Shown piece by piece: positions 20,179 to 30,000 of a stretch of DNA of 64,000 bases. Under the pieces are notes generated by a model, which was not told where the DNA came from, did no database searches, and was given only the letters and a program-made list of their open reading frames with translations. This DNA is from an uncultured virus (IMG/VR IMGVR_UViG_3300032257_000007) (taxonomy: Duplodnaviria; Heunggongvirae; Uroviricota; Caudoviricetes): the IMG/VR virus record IMGVR_UViG_3300032257_000007; one strand, given 5' to 3'. The translations under genes and the position numbers were made by a program. The stretch's first letter is position 1. Each line of letters begins with the position of its first letter.

Positions 20179-20911
20179 TCGTTTCGACGATAACTTAGAG
20201 ATTTTAAAAGATTTTGAGAAAGATAAAGATTGTATAAGTGCCAAAAAAGTACTTGATGGAGATTATTCAAAGACAAACAAGAATATTCTTCATGCAGTCA
20301 AAATTCATCAGAGTGATATGCAAAGAGATATTATTGAGGCTCTACTGCTAGCAGAGGATTGCGATACTACAGAAGCTTCTGAATTATCTGGTGTAGGGAC
20401 TGACGTTCTCGAGATGTATGCGAAACTTTTCTTTAATATCCAAGACACTTTCATATCTAAAATAGACCTCTTAGACTATATAGAAACAGGCGTAAACACT
20501 TATTCTAAAAATGGGAACGATGATCCAGACTTGGGATCATTTCTTCTTAAGAGATGGGTCATCTCATTAGGTAAAGAGTTTGTTGTGTGGAGATATAAAC
20601 TTAAGCCTATTGCTTATGCTCCTGCAAGCTTGTATTCAACTATTATGAAAGAAGCTTTCTTTTATCACAAAGAGAAATCCATGGGTAATGAGCAGATCTC
20701 TCTAAGTGAATATCTGAGGTCAACAAGTACTCTATTGAGCAGCGTTAAAGGCAGTACCGCCATCAAGGAAGTTAGCGAAGAAGATGCTGGCTTGGACATC
20801 ATGGATCATTTAGGTATAATTATAGAAGATAAATCAGCACCTATGATTACGCTTGATGAAATAAAAGATGGTAGTTTTGTAAATAACGCCACACAACAGG
20901 AGACTACGTAA
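20150..20911 (+). CDS. Hypothetical protein
   Basis: 253 aa ORF; start codon uncertain. Confidence 0.5.
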   Translation: MSLTEKWPVSRFDDNLEILKDFEKDKDCISAKKVLDGDYSKTNKNILHAVKIHQSDMQRDIIEALLLAEDCDTTEASELSGVGTDVLEMYAKLFFNIQDTFISKIDLLDYIETGVNTYSKNGNDDPDLGSFLLKRWVISLGKEFVVWRYKLKPIAYAPASLYSTIMKEAFFYHKEKSMGNEQISLSEYLRSTSTLLSSVKGSTAIKEVSEEDAGLDIMDHLGIIIEDKSAPMITLDEIKDGSFVNNATQQETT

Positions 20912-21822
20912 TGAGTCAATTCATATCAATGGCAGAAGATGTTAGATCTAACTTTAAGGGATCTGATATTGATGGACACATAGAAAAGTATGCAACTGAT
21001 AAAAGCCTTAACGACAATGAAAAGCAAAGACTTGTCGAAGAGGTTAATGTTGCTACATTTTTAGGGAAGTTACAAGAAGGTACTCATCACGAAGATTTTC
21101 CTATTGCTAACCCTATCGTAACTCACGATGGAGAAGAAGACGCTCCTCTTGAATCTGCTGAGCTTAACAAAGCTGCCTCTGTAGACTATTCAAATCAAAT
21201 AACTGACTCAATGTTCTCTTTTGACAATGAAGATGCTCCTGAGAGCTTAAATGATCTTTCTAAGGTAGCAAGTGTTTCTACTGGAGATGAGATCTTCACT
21301 TCTGAATCATTATGGGACGAAAACGAAGCTGCGGTTGAAGAAATGAAAGCAGAAGAAGCTGCTGGAATTGAAAAACTTGCTTCTGAAACTGAAATGTATG
21401 ACTCTCTTGGACATCTTACAAGAGCAGTTTCTATCAGTGAAGGAATGACAAAGACAGCAGCTGTAATCCTTGCTAAACATGAACTTAATGATGCTGCAAC
21501 CTCAATGCTTGAAAACTCAAAATTCTCACATATGGACGTTGTCTCTTCATCTGCTGAAGAACTTTCAAAAGAAGCTTCGGAAATTTTAGATACAATTCTA
21601 GAGAAAACTGCAAAAAAAAAAGTAGATCCTAGCGTATTAAAAGATGCTGGGAAAGCTATCGTAGATGTGGGAAGAGGGCTTACTTCTGTAGTAAAATTTC
21701 CAATAAGAAACCCTAAAACAGCTCTTCTCGGTGCTGGCGCAGCTATGTATGCTAACTCAGACAGGAATGAAGAGCCAGAAAGACAGAGGCTCAAAATGAT
21801 GGCTAATAACTATCAACAATAA
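20911..21822 (+). CDS. Acidic putative internal head/scaffold-like protein with K-x-A-S motifs
   Basis: NKAAS, SKVAS, EKLAS, TKTAA, SKEAS, EKTAK; C-terminal ALLGAGAAMYA. Confidence 0.5.
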   Translation: MSQFISMAEDVRSNFKGSDIDGHIEKYATDKSLNDNEKQRLVEEVNVATFLGKLQEGTHHEDFPIANPIVTHDGEEDAPLESAELNKAASVDYSNQITDSMFSFDNEDAPESLNDLSKVASVSTGDEIFTSESLWDENEAAVEEMKAEEAAGIEKLASETEMYDSLGHLTRAVSISEGMTKTAAVILAKHELNDAATSMLENSKFSHMDVVSSSAEELSKEASEILDTILEKTAKKKVDPSVLKDAGKAIVDVGRGLTSVVKFPIRNPKTALLGAGAAMYANSDRNEEPERQRLKMMANNYQQ

Positions 21823-21842
21823 AATTTAAAAAAAGGAAGGTC

Positions 21843-21959
21843 ATGTCAGTTCAAACTAAAGAATTTCGTGAAGAAGTTAAGGTTATTTTCAAAGAGGCAG
21901 CTCTTAAAAAACTCGCAGGATACCTTCTGGCTAAGACGGTATTAAAGTCAAGTAAATAA
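21843..21959 (+). CDS. Small basic protein (38 aa, MSVQTKEFREEVKVIFKEAALKKLAG...)
   Basis: Read manually; strong AAGGAAGG RBS; fills the intergenic gap. Confidence 0.55.
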   Translation: MSVQTKEFREEVKVIFKEAALKKLAGYLLAKTVLKSSK

Positions 21960-21971
21960 GAGGGGGAGCGT

Positions 21972-22196
21972 ATGGCTTTCCCAGATAGCTTCACATTGTT
22001 CGACAGAATAGATGTTTCTAGTTCTGTTGATATGGTAGCAAAACTTGATTCTATTTTGTTAGGTGTTAATAATAATGCTGGAAAGTTAATGCTTCTTCAG
22101 AGTGAGCATGCGGACATGATGGAAGATCTAGCATTGCTTACTTCTAAAGAACAGATTGAAGCTTCTAATGATGTTGGTTGGAGGGTCATTATATGA
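21972..22196 (+). CDS. Hypothetical protein
   Basis: 74 aa; GGGGGAG RBS. Confidence 0.5.
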   Translation: MAFPDSFTLFDRIDVSSSVDMVAKLDSILLGVNNNAGKLMLLQSEHADMMEDLALLTSKEQIEASNDVGWRVII

Positions 22197-22849
22197 TCTA
22201 TGGCGACAACTTCAATCTTATTTTTGATGCCTTATCTCGTATTGAACAACATATCGGGCTAAACTCATCTAATGATGATGTCTCCGTAAATGGTAGGCTT
22301 AACCAAATCATGACCAGCTCTATTTTTAGAGGCGGTGGAGCAATCGAACCTTTCTGTGAAGTAGATATCCCTATTGTTGGGGATAACTTCACAGTAACTC
22401 ATGAGCCAATGATGGTTGGTAATTCTTGGGTTATACAAAATACTGCAACAATAACCATGTCTGAAGATGTTAGTTCTAAAAATGTCGAAGAGTGGTTTGA
22501 TGTTGAATTTGATGGGAGCAATGGTACATTAGTAGGTGCAAGCGGGAAATATGATGGAAAATATGTAACAGTTACATACTTTCACAACAATCTTAATGTA
22601 TACTACGATATTGTTTTCTCAAATGGGATTCCAGATGTAACAAGAACCTCTGAGGATATACTAAATCTTGTAGTTTCTGATACAATAACAGGAACGAATT
22701 ATAGAATAACTGTAGATAGTAAAGGAAGAATAAGTAATCTTCCTACTCAAGATCAAATTGTAGGTATAAATATGTTTCCAGATGCTGTGCTAGGTGCTAC
22801 TTATGAATTGTTGATAGAAGATGGCTACATGAACTGGAGAATAGCTTAA
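22178..22849 (+). CDS. Virion/tail protein sharing a domain with 23455..24297
   Basis: GDNFT...EEW...GTLVGASGKYDGK domain; DALSRIEQHIG N-terminus. Confidence 0.5.
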   Translation: MEGHYMIYGDNFNLIFDALSRIEQHIGLNSSNDDVSVNGRLNQIMTSSIFRGGGAIEPFCEVDIPIVGDNFTVTHEPMMVGNSWVIQNTATITMSEDVSSKNVEEWFDVEFDGSNGTLVGASGKYDGKYVTVTYFHNNLNVYYDIVFSNGIPDVTRTSEDILNLVVSDTITGTNYRITVDSKGRISNLPTQDQIVGINMFPDAVLGATYELLIEDGYMNWRIA

Positions 22850-23367
22850 TGGCATGGAAGATGTTCGATGCCATAGTTGATGGCACAATTAAATTAAAAA
22901 CAAAGACCATCGACGTTGCTAATGGACTTCTTACATTTGATGGAGTAACTGTTGCTCTTATAAATGATGCCTCTAAAAGTAATATCGCTACATACTCAAG
23001 TGACAAGGTGGAAAATCTTGTTCTTGAGACCTATTCCTCCGTTGAAACCACAGTCAATAAGTCTTGGTTCGGAAAGCCTGTTTATCGAAGAGTTATCAAT
23101 GCGGGAGCACTTCTTGGTGCTGTTGATAATAGTATCCAAATGTTTGACCATGGCGTTGTTGGTATCGAGCATGTTGTAATGGTAGATTTCTCTGCTAAAG
23201 TTGCAGGAGCCCCGATCTGGTTAACATCAGCGTATTCTTACATCCTAGAAGATCCAGCTGGCGAGTTCCAACAGATAAGAGCTTATGTAGACGGCTCTAA
23301 TATAGCAATCAGAACTTCTGCTGATCTTGATGAATGCTTCCTTATTATGGAATACACCAAAGTATAA
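22849..23367 (+). CDS. Tail-fibre-associated protein
   Basis: TYSSDKV and WFGKPVYRRVI...HGV...EYTK pattern common at phage fibre C-termini. Confidence 0.55.
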   Translation: MAWKMFDAIVDGTIKLKTKTIDVANGLLTFDGVTVALINDASKSNIATYSSDKVENLVLETYSSVETTVNKSWFGKPVYRRVINAGALLGAVDNSIQMFDHGVVGIEHVVMVDFSAKVAGAPIWLTSAYSYILEDPAGEFQQIRAYVDGSNIAIRTSADLDECFLIMEYTKV

Positions 23368-23454
23368 TCCTACCTAGAAACCCCCTAGTCAATATTTATT
23401 TTTACTTTCCCATTTAAGGTATAATTGTAGTTATAAAATTGATAAGGAACCCCC

Positions 23455-24297
23455 ATGCCATTATTACAAAGAACGATACCCTCCATTAAAGATTTAACTC
23501 CTGCCCTTGCTGCAAAAGTTAATGTTGGTGACATCGTAAATGATTTAATCACTGGAGGCATAACAGTGCCTTTGTCTGCTCAACAAGGTGTTGAGTTAAA
23601 AACTCTTGTTGATGCTAAGGTTAACACTTCAGCTATCGTTAATGACTTGACTACTGGTGGAACAACTGTCCCACTTTCTGCTCAGCAAGGTGTTGCACTT
23701 AAAGCCTTAATTGACGGCTTATCTAATGGACTGACATATATTGGTTTATTTAATGCTTCTTTAGGGACATGGCCATCTGATCCGTCTCAAGGAGATTTCT
23801 ATAAAGTATCAACTGCTGGAACTATTGATGGTGTCGACTTAACTCCAGGTGATATGATCATTGCGAATAAAAATGTTATTGGAATTTCTGGTACAGTTGA
23901 CTGGGATATAATTGACAATACTGAAGCTGCTGACATCATTAGATGGGGTGACACTTCTACTGCAATCGATCTTGGTGGAGCTGGTGCTTCAGATAATGTT
24001 ATTCCTACTCAAGCAGCTGTTAAACAGTATGTTGATGACACTGCGGCTGCTCTTGGTGGTGGTGCAGTTAAAGTTAAAGTTGATAAGAATAGACTTATCA
24101 CAGGTGATAACTTCACGACTACTTTTGCTCCTAAAGATGGAGTTGTATTCATGGATATTGCAATTGTTGATAATGCAGATGGGTCTTACGATGAATGGGA
24201 GAACATCTCATTTGTAGTTTCTACTGGAACCCTAGTTGGTGCTGGCGGTGCATACGATGGTAAGACTTGTAAAGTTTCTTATATCTACATAGCTTAA
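23455..24297 (+). CDS. Tail fibre-like protein with a tandem 34-aa repeat
   Basis: Two copies of AKVNxxxIVNDLxTGGxTVPLSAQQGVxLKxLxD; GDFYKVSTAGT; IPTQAAVKQYVD; TATAAT at 23420-23425. Confidence 0.65.
   Translation: MPLLQRTIPSIKDLTPALAAKVNVGDIVNDLITGGITVPLSAQQGVELKTLVDAKVNTSAIVNDLTTGGTTVPLSAQQGVALKALIDGLSNGLTYIGLFNASLGTWPSDPSQGDFYKVSTAGTIDGVDLTPGDMIIANKNVIGISGTVDWDIIDNTEAADIIRWGDTSTAIDLGGAGASDNVIPTQAAVKQYVDDTAAALGGGAVKVKVDKNRLITGDNFTTTFAPKDGVVFMDIAIVDNADGSYDEWENISFVVSTGTLVGAGGAYDGKTCKVSYIYIA
23512..23715 (+). repeat. In-frame 102-bp tandem duplication (2 copies)
   Basis: aa 20-53 versus 54-87 of the 23455 ORF; synonymously diverged at DNA level. Confidence 0.8.
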
Positions 24298-24354
24298 TAG
24301 CTGTGTATGCCAGGAGGATATAATGGTTTTTTCAATTAGAGAAAAGGATTAATC

Positions 24355-24912
24355 ATGGGACTCCGACAGAGAACGGTAGCCCCTACTGAGGCATCAGATA
24401 TAAATAGCGAAGGTGCTTCTACAGACCAAGAGAGGATTGATGCCCTTGCTGCTCACGTCCAGGAATATCATGCAGATGGTGGAGCTGGAACGCCAGGTAT
24501 TGCTGTAACCTACTATCTTGACGAAGTGCGAAACAAATACCTATCTCATCAGATTTTCAAAGTTCCATTTTATAGAAAAGACAATGTCAAGAGACAGTAT
24601 ATGAATTATATGCCAGACATTAGATCTTCAAATGTTCCGTACCGTCTTCTTGGAACATATGACTTCTGTGTCGTTGGATTCGAGATGTACAATGTGGCTG
24701 AGGTGTCTGGAACAATAATGGATGTGAGAGATGAAAGCACAGGATTTGCATCAATACTCCCAATCAACATACCTGTTCTAGCTACTGAATACTATGATGA
24801 AACTGTAGATATAACACTTACATCTGGAGCTGGGCTTTGTGCCTATATAGAAGATAATACACTGACTGATCCTGTGCTGATTTTAAATATTAGACAGATC
24901 TTCGTACCTTAA
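24355..24912 (+). CDS. Hypothetical virion protein
   Basis: 185 aa; AAAAGGA RBS. Confidence 0.5.
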   Translation: MGLRQRTVAPTEASDINSEGASTDQERIDALAAHVQEYHADGGAGTPGIAVTYYLDEVRNKYLSHQIFKVPFYRKDNVKRQYMNYMPDIRSSNVPYRLLGTYDFCVVGFEMYNVAEVSGTIMDVRDESTGFASILPINIPVLATEYYDETVDITLTSGAGLCAYIEDNTLTDPVLILNIRQIFVP

Positions 24913-24921
24913 GGAGAATAG

Positions 24922-25587
24922 ATGAAACTTAAAAATATATCTGGCTTCTCGCTTACACTTCCTATATCAGGGGTTGTCCTTGCCATAAATGAAATAGTAG
25001 ACACGTCTACTTTTGGTGATGCGGCCTTTGTTGAAAGTTGTGCTGACGAGATAACAACATTTAAGGCACTTGGAAAGATTGAGGCATATGATGATACTGA
25101 CACCTTGATCACAAGCAATACTGAGATTATCGCTACTCTAGGAGGTCTAAAACAAGATCTCTACATTACTAATGTTGAAGAGCTTGCAGTAGCAGTATCT
25201 CCTCATGCAAACAGAAAGTTCATATTCTTATCAGACACGATAGAAATGAAAAACAGGGAAGTTATAAAAAAGCCATTTCCAGGAAGTATCTCAACGGTCT
25301 CCGTAAGACCAAAAGACAAAAACGTAAGCGTCCAGTTGTTCTCAGACGGAATAACATTTCCAGAGGAAGAAGTTAGAAAGAATGCTGTATTTGAATTCGA
25401 CTTTGATTTTAAAATGACAGATTGCGTTCTTACTATATTATCTTCTCATGGAAAGACTGATGTTGAAGTTTATGTAGATGGTGATACTTACCTGGACACA
25501 ATAGCTATTCAAGAGCTTGTAGACTCTTGGAAAGAAGGCAGTGCAACTCACTCTACTATAGATCAATATATGTTCGATTCAATATAG
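24922..25587 (+). CDS. Hypothetical virion protein
   Basis: 221 aa; AAGGAG RBS. Confidence 0.5.
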   Translation: MKLKNISGFSLTLPISGVVLAINEIVDTSTFGDAAFVESCADEITTFKALGKIEAYDDTDTLITSNTEIIATLGGLKQDLYITNVEELAVAVSPHANRKFIFLSDTIEMKNREVIKKPFPGSISTVSVRPKDKNVSVQLFSDGITFPEEEVRKNAVFEFDFDFKMTDCVLTILSSHGKTDVEVYVDGDTYLDTIAIQELVDSWKEGSATHSTIDQYMFDSI

Positions 25588-25600
25588 GAAGGGCTTAAAT

Positions 25601-26209
25601 ATGGCTAGAAAAGTAGACTTTGTTCAACACGATGGGACAAAAAAGATTTTAACTACTCCTAGACAAGAAGGTACATTTTTGTACTTTACTGGAAAGGGAG
25701 ATGATATAGCTAATGGGCTAGTAGGTAAAGGCACTGACATGTCTTTAATAAACTCAGCTGGTGAGGCTGTTATGTCTGTCGAATGCTCTTTCTTAGATGA
25801 TGTATTTCTTAAAGATGGAATGGCATTTTGGGAAGGTGCAGTATTTGGTGATACTGTAGACATGGAAATTGTCTTACCTGCTAACACTCCAATGCCATCT
25901 GAAGATGAAACAGGAAATGCAGGAATAATAGATGCTCAGGGGACGATAAGTTATATCACAGCGTCACCTACACCAGATGAGACATGGACAGGGGCATATT
26001 ATCTATTCCCTATGGACTACGTGGCACATAGATTTGTAAACTCTTTTCCTATGAACGGAACGAACAATGTTGGTACTGTGTTGGAAAGCTCTGATACTGC
26101 TGAGATTGAGAATATATTCAAGTTTAGAATAACAGTAAACTCATCTACAAGCAACCCAGCACTTAAAGTTTTTACTGTGCTAGAATTATACCGAACAAGA
26201 ACAACTTAA
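25601..26209 (+). CDS. Hypothetical virion protein
   Basis: 202 aa, beta-rich. Confidence 0.5.
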   Translation: MARKVDFVQHDGTKKILTTPRQEGTFLYFTGKGDDIANGLVGKGTDMSLINSAGEAVMSVECSFLDDVFLKDGMAFWEGAVFGDTVDMEIVLPANTPMPSEDETGNAGIIDAQGTISYITASPTPDETWTGAYYLFPMDYVAHRFVNSFPMNGTNNVGTVLESSDTAEIENIFKFRITVNSSTSNPALKVFTVLELYRTRTT

Positions 26210-26219
26210 AGGGAAAATA

Positions 26220-26756
26220 ATGTTAATTGGAATAGCGTTCAAAAAGAAGGCTCATGACTACGGTTGGTGGGATAAAATAAAGTCAAAGGCTGTGCAAATA
26301 TGGACTGGAAGTGAATATTTTCACTCTGAGTTTATTATTGGAGACTACTGGGTCTCGGCTAACACAAGTGGGATAGAAATTCATGCATTAAGACCACTTT
26401 CTTGGATGTATGACTACTTCTTTATCGAGGTAGATATCTCAGAAGATCATTGCGATAAGATAATTAGGTTTATTGAACAGCAATCTGGTGCAAAATATGA
26501 TTGGGCTGGCATCTGGATGTCTCAATTTTTAAACATTGGTGTAAATAGATCAGATAAATGGTTTTGTTCTGAATTATGTACAAAATTGATGCAATTGTGC
26601 CTTGTCGAAGAAACTTTTATGCTACAGTCTCATAAAATCGACCCTGGGGAGCTTTTTAGGCTCTTAGAGGGTATGGTAGATCAAAAAAGAGTTGATTTTT
26701 TAATCGGAGAAACTGCACAGGAGCGCCTTGAGAGGGGTGTCTTTGAAAAGTGCTAA
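26220..26756 (+). CDS. Permuted papain-like NlpC/P60 (YiiX/YebB-type) enzyme
   Basis: N-terminal His (SEYFHSE), then GAKYDW, then C-terminal Cys (KWFCSEL). Confidence 0.75.
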   Translation: MLIGIAFKKKAHDYGWWDKIKSKAVQIWTGSEYFHSEFIIGDYWVSANTSGIEIHALRPLSWMYDYFFIEVDISEDHCDKIIRFIEQQSGAKYDWAGIWMSQFLNIGVNRSDKWFCSELCTKLMQLCLVEETFMLQSHKIDPGELFRLLEGMVDQKRVDFLIGETAQERLERGVFEKC

Positions 26757-26761
26757 CAATA

Positions 26762-26771
26762 TGGTAGAATT
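26762..26771 (+). promoter_or_regulatory. Extended -10 variant TGGTAGAATT
   Basis: Intergenic, about 30 nt upstream of ATG 26802. Confidence 0.55.
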
Positions 26772-26801
26772 ACACTGTAACTCAATACAAAAAGGATTCC
26801 T

Positions 26802-27383
26802 ATGGGTACTGTAAAAAAAGCTGGTACTGACTTTTACGCAAAAGTTGATACTAACAAAGATTTATTTGGTGCGGCAGCTGGCTTCGAGTCATCTTACGTT
26901 AATGATGCAACTGGTACAGTTGTAGCTGGTGTTAATGCTTTCTCGGAAGTAACTAAAACTGTTGCTGGTACAGCGACTACTTCAAATGGTGGTGCTCTTG
27001 CTGGTGCTTTCATTATCCCAGTAACTGCTGCAACTGGCTTCGCTGATGGTGATGTTGTTTCAGATGCTAATGGTAACATGTACTATGTTGAGTCTATTGT
27101 TGGTAATGACCTTCAAGTTAAGTCTAAACTAGTTGCTGATATCGCTGACCTTGATGCGATCACTCAAGTTGGTAACACTGGTATCTACCGTGTTCTTGTA
27201 AATATCCCAACTGCTGGTGATTATACTATGATCGTTGCTAACCCGACTGTTAACATGCAAAATATTGCATTCCCAGTTGAAGTTGTTGCTGAAGATCTTG
27301 ATGACGCTCAAACTAAACTTGACGACATCCTAAACAACCTTGGTGTATCTGCATCAGAGAGAACGTACAAAGGTTTCGTGTAA
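26802..27383 (+). CDS. Probable abundant structural protein (VGNTGIY domain)
   Basis: Own promoter, strongly biased codons, downstream hairpins; domain shared with 30506..31363. Confidence 0.55.
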   Translation: MGTVKKAGTDFYAKVDTNKDLFGAAAGFESSYVNDATGTVVAGVNAFSEVTKTVAGTATTSNGGALAGAFIIPVTAATGFADGDVVSDANGNMYYVESIVGNDLQVKSKLVADIADLDAITQVGNTGIYRVLVNIPTAGDYTMIVANPTVNMQNIAFPVEVVAEDLDDAQTKLDDILNNLGVSASERTYKGFV

Positions 27384-27390
27384 CCACGAG

Positions 27391-27458
27391 CTTTGTTCCT
27401 GGGTCTTCCCAGGATCTCTTTGAGTTTATTTAGATAAATTGAAAGAGATGATACAAAG
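27391..27458 (+). promoter_or_regulatory. Structured intergenic RNA element (two hairpins plus a closing helix over the RBS)
   Basis: TCCTGGG/CCCAGGA; ATCTCTTT.AGTTTAT/ATAAATT.AAAGAGAT; CTTTGT/ACAAAG. Confidence 0.55.
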
Positions 27459-27466
27459 GACTTTTT

Positions 27467-27832
27467 ATGGCAGACTTTCCAGTAGATAACCTCAGAGCCA
27501 ATAGAATAGTCTTAGAGGGTACAGACATACACCAAATTTTTGCCCCAAAAGGCGGAAACTCTTTATCTGAGACTTACGAATTCAATAATGCAACAGATGC
27601 ATTCCTAATCAATCTTAGCACATATATAGGACCTGTCTATAGTGCAAGACTGTTTATCCAACCAAACACTAACCTTAGTATTACATACAATGACACTGCG
27701 CAACCTGGTGCTCTTACAGAGGCATTTAATGTTGATACTGAAAAAGAAATAACTGAAGACGAACTTCACTACAGCCTTACCGTAACAGGGACAGGTAAAG
27801 TGGAAGTTCTACTTAGATACAAAACTAAATAA
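27467..27832 (+). CDS. Small virion protein with MADFPVDxLRANRIVL N-terminus
   Basis: N-terminal 16 aa shared with 34033..34263. Confidence 0.55.
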   Translation: MADFPVDNLRANRIVLEGTDIHQIFAPKGGNSLSETYEFNNATDAFLINLSTYIGPVYSARLFIQPNTNLSITYNDTAQPGALTEAFNVDTEKEITEDELHYSLTVTGTGKVEVLLRYKTK

Positions 27833-27841
27833 GGAAAAGAT

Positions 27842-29368
27842 ATGCCAAAGTTTGATTCATACGTTAGAAACGTAACAGAACATATACCAAGACAAATGGA
27901 ACTAGGAGGAGACTTTGTTGTCAATGGAAGATTTTACGATAAGACTAACTTTGTGCCAACGTCTTATGATCTAATGGAAATCACTAGCCACAGGCAAATG
28001 CAACTTCTTCAAAGATCTTTTGATGTCACTAGTATCCACGAATACACTCATTGCGGGTATGAAGTAAGTGATATGGATCAGAACTTTGGAGGAACTAGAT
28101 ATATAATAGATTCGAGTGATTCTAATATATGCTACATCGCCACACAATCTGTTACTCCTTATGTCCATAAAATTGATATGACTACAAAGAAGGTAATTGA
28201 AAGCATTGCAGTAACAGAATATGTAAAAAATGGTATGTTTGCTGGTCAAGATGACACATATCTGTATTACACAGGGGTTAGAGACAATGCTAACTACTAT
28301 GAGGCTGCTTGTATTAAAGTACGCAAAGAAGCTATGAATTACACTCTTCTTGGTGATTATTATGACAGATATGCAGCCGTGCCTAGATTTTTAGAATTTG
28401 GTATTTCTCACATCACATGGTCGTATACAACTACTGATGACTTTGACACAAGAATTATGTCGTTCTCAAGAGATACAAACATTGCAACTACCATAAAAGG
28501 TTACGCAAACACAATTGCTATGAAAAACAACATCTCTGACAAAAGTGCAACAGGAGTGAGGTATACATGTACCTCAATTCTTGGTGCTTTTGGAATCTCT
28601 GCAGTAAAAATAAATGTGAATGGAGATGGGCTTGATCTTGATGTTGCGGCAACATTAGATCATACTGCTGGAACGGCTCCAACTCATGGCACGACAGCTA
28701 ATAATTATGCATTTAAAATCTACATTGAAGGCAGCAGACTGATTGTGTTTAAAACAAATAACAGTCGTAGTGTCGCTTTCAAAGGATTATCTGCTAATTA
28801 TGGCTGGTGGGTATATGATATGGTTGATGATGTAACTCTTACTCTAATAAACCAAGGTGCATTTACAGATACCCCAGAGCTACAGTCTGAAATGGTTAAG
28901 ATTCCAAATGGAAGCTATGGTGCTTATGAATACGGAGCTGGCGTTAGGCTTTACAAGTTTAACCCTATAACAGATGCCATAGAGGATGTTAATACAGTTC
29001 CTATGCCTAACCTTGCTTCTTGGGGGTTTGACTCTCATGGAAGAATGTGGTGGCTGCAGAATGATGCACAAAGAACACTTAATGTATCTGATCAGACATT
29101 GTCTATGGATGTACAAATTGACTTCGATCAAGATGTGGTTTATTATGATAATACTGCTGTTGACGCAAATGTGAACATTGGTTCTTATGACTATATGGGT
29201 GTAAGAACGGCATCAACTTTAGTACTTTACATTAACGGTAATGCAGTATTTAAAGTCAATGGGCAAAAAACAATAGAGGTAACTACTTCAAACCTTAACG
29301 ATATTGTTGAAGTAATAACTATTCAGGATGCTGGTCGAGTAACGATTTCATCTAAACCTAAACTGTAA
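27842..29368 (+). CDS. Beta-propeller-like putative receptor-binding/tail protein
   Basis: 508 aa, aromatic- and beta-rich with blade-like repeats (VHKIDMTTKKV, LYKFNPITD, WGFDSHGRMWW). Confidence 0.45.
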   Translation: MPKFDSYVRNVTEHIPRQMELGGDFVVNGRFYDKTNFVPTSYDLMEITSHRQMQLLQRSFDVTSIHEYTHCGYEVSDMDQNFGGTRYIIDSSDSNICYIATQSVTPYVHKIDMTTKKVIESIAVTEYVKNGMFAGQDDTYLYYTGVRDNANYYEAACIKVRKEAMNYTLLGDYYDRYAAVPRFLEFGISHITWSYTTTDDFDTRIMSFSRDTNIATTIKGYANTIAMKNNISDKSATGVRYTCTSILGAFGISAVKINVNGDGLDLDVAATLDHTAGTAPTHGTTANNYAFKIYIEGSRLIVFKTNNSRSVAFKGLSANYGWWVYDMVDDVTLTLINQGAFTDTPELQSEMVKIPNGSYGAYEYGAGVRLYKFNPITDAIEDVNTVPMPNLASWGFDSHGRMWWLQNDAQRTLNVSDQTLSMDVQIDFDQDVVYYDNTAVDANVNIGSYDYMGVRTASTLVLYINGNAVFKVNGQKTIEVTTSNLNDIVEVITIQDAGRVTISSKPKL

Positions 29369-29379
29369 AGGGGACTAAT

Positions 29380-29988
29380 ATGTCCGCCTCGTTAAACGTA
29401 AGAAGAAAATACAATCCAGTAGCAGTAGATTTTGCAACAACTACCTCTGAAGTTCTTATAGTTGAGAGGTCTTCAGTTGAAATAGAATTCTTCGGTGGGT
29501 ATGAAGACTCTACCTTACTGTCATCTACCGAAACTTCATTTGGTGCAATACTGTTTGTCCCAAATCTGTCTAATGACAAGGAAATCTTATACTCAAAGTA
29601 TGAGGTGGAGGCAAATGCAATACTAAGTGTCCCGTATAGTGGAAGAAATTTCATTATGACAGGTGGTAGCGGAGACCTACAAGTTCTTCCTGTGTTAACT
29701 AATGCTTTGATTAACAAAGTGAACACAGAAGCTGAGCAAGCCATAGTGAGTATTGTAGATGAAGCAGGGCAAACTATTCCCACAACGAATATCGATTTTT
29801 ATGCTCGTGTTGGAACACTCACTAGCTTTGAAATCCCAGCTTCTCTGAACTCTTCAGTGGCTCTTCCAAATGGATGGACGCTAAATGGAAATATCCTGAC
29901 TGGAAGAATTACTTCCCTTAGCGATATTGCTATTGGCTATTCCTACGGAACAATTAGAATACATCCAAGAATTGGATACAATAAATAA
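29380..29988 (+). CDS. Hypothetical virion protein with an Ig-like C-terminal part
   Basis: ALPNGWTLNGNILTG resembles He_PIG/Ig repeats. Confidence 0.45.
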   Translation: MSASLNVRRKYNPVAVDFATTTSEVLIVERSSVEIEFFGGYEDSTLLSSTETSFGAILFVPNLSNDKEILYSKYEVEANAILSVPYSGRNFIMTGGSGDLQVLPVLTNALINKVNTEAEQAIVSIVDEAGQTIPTTNIDFYARVGTLTSFEIPASLNSSVALPNGWTLNGNILTGRITSLSDIAIGYSYGTIRIHPRIGYNK

Positions 29989-30000
29989 AAAAGGAAAAAC

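Noticed and set aside
21612..21621. A10 homopolymer as a phase-variation or frameshift site
   Set aside because: It encodes in-frame Lys codons in an AT-rich genome, with no supporting alternative-frame evidence
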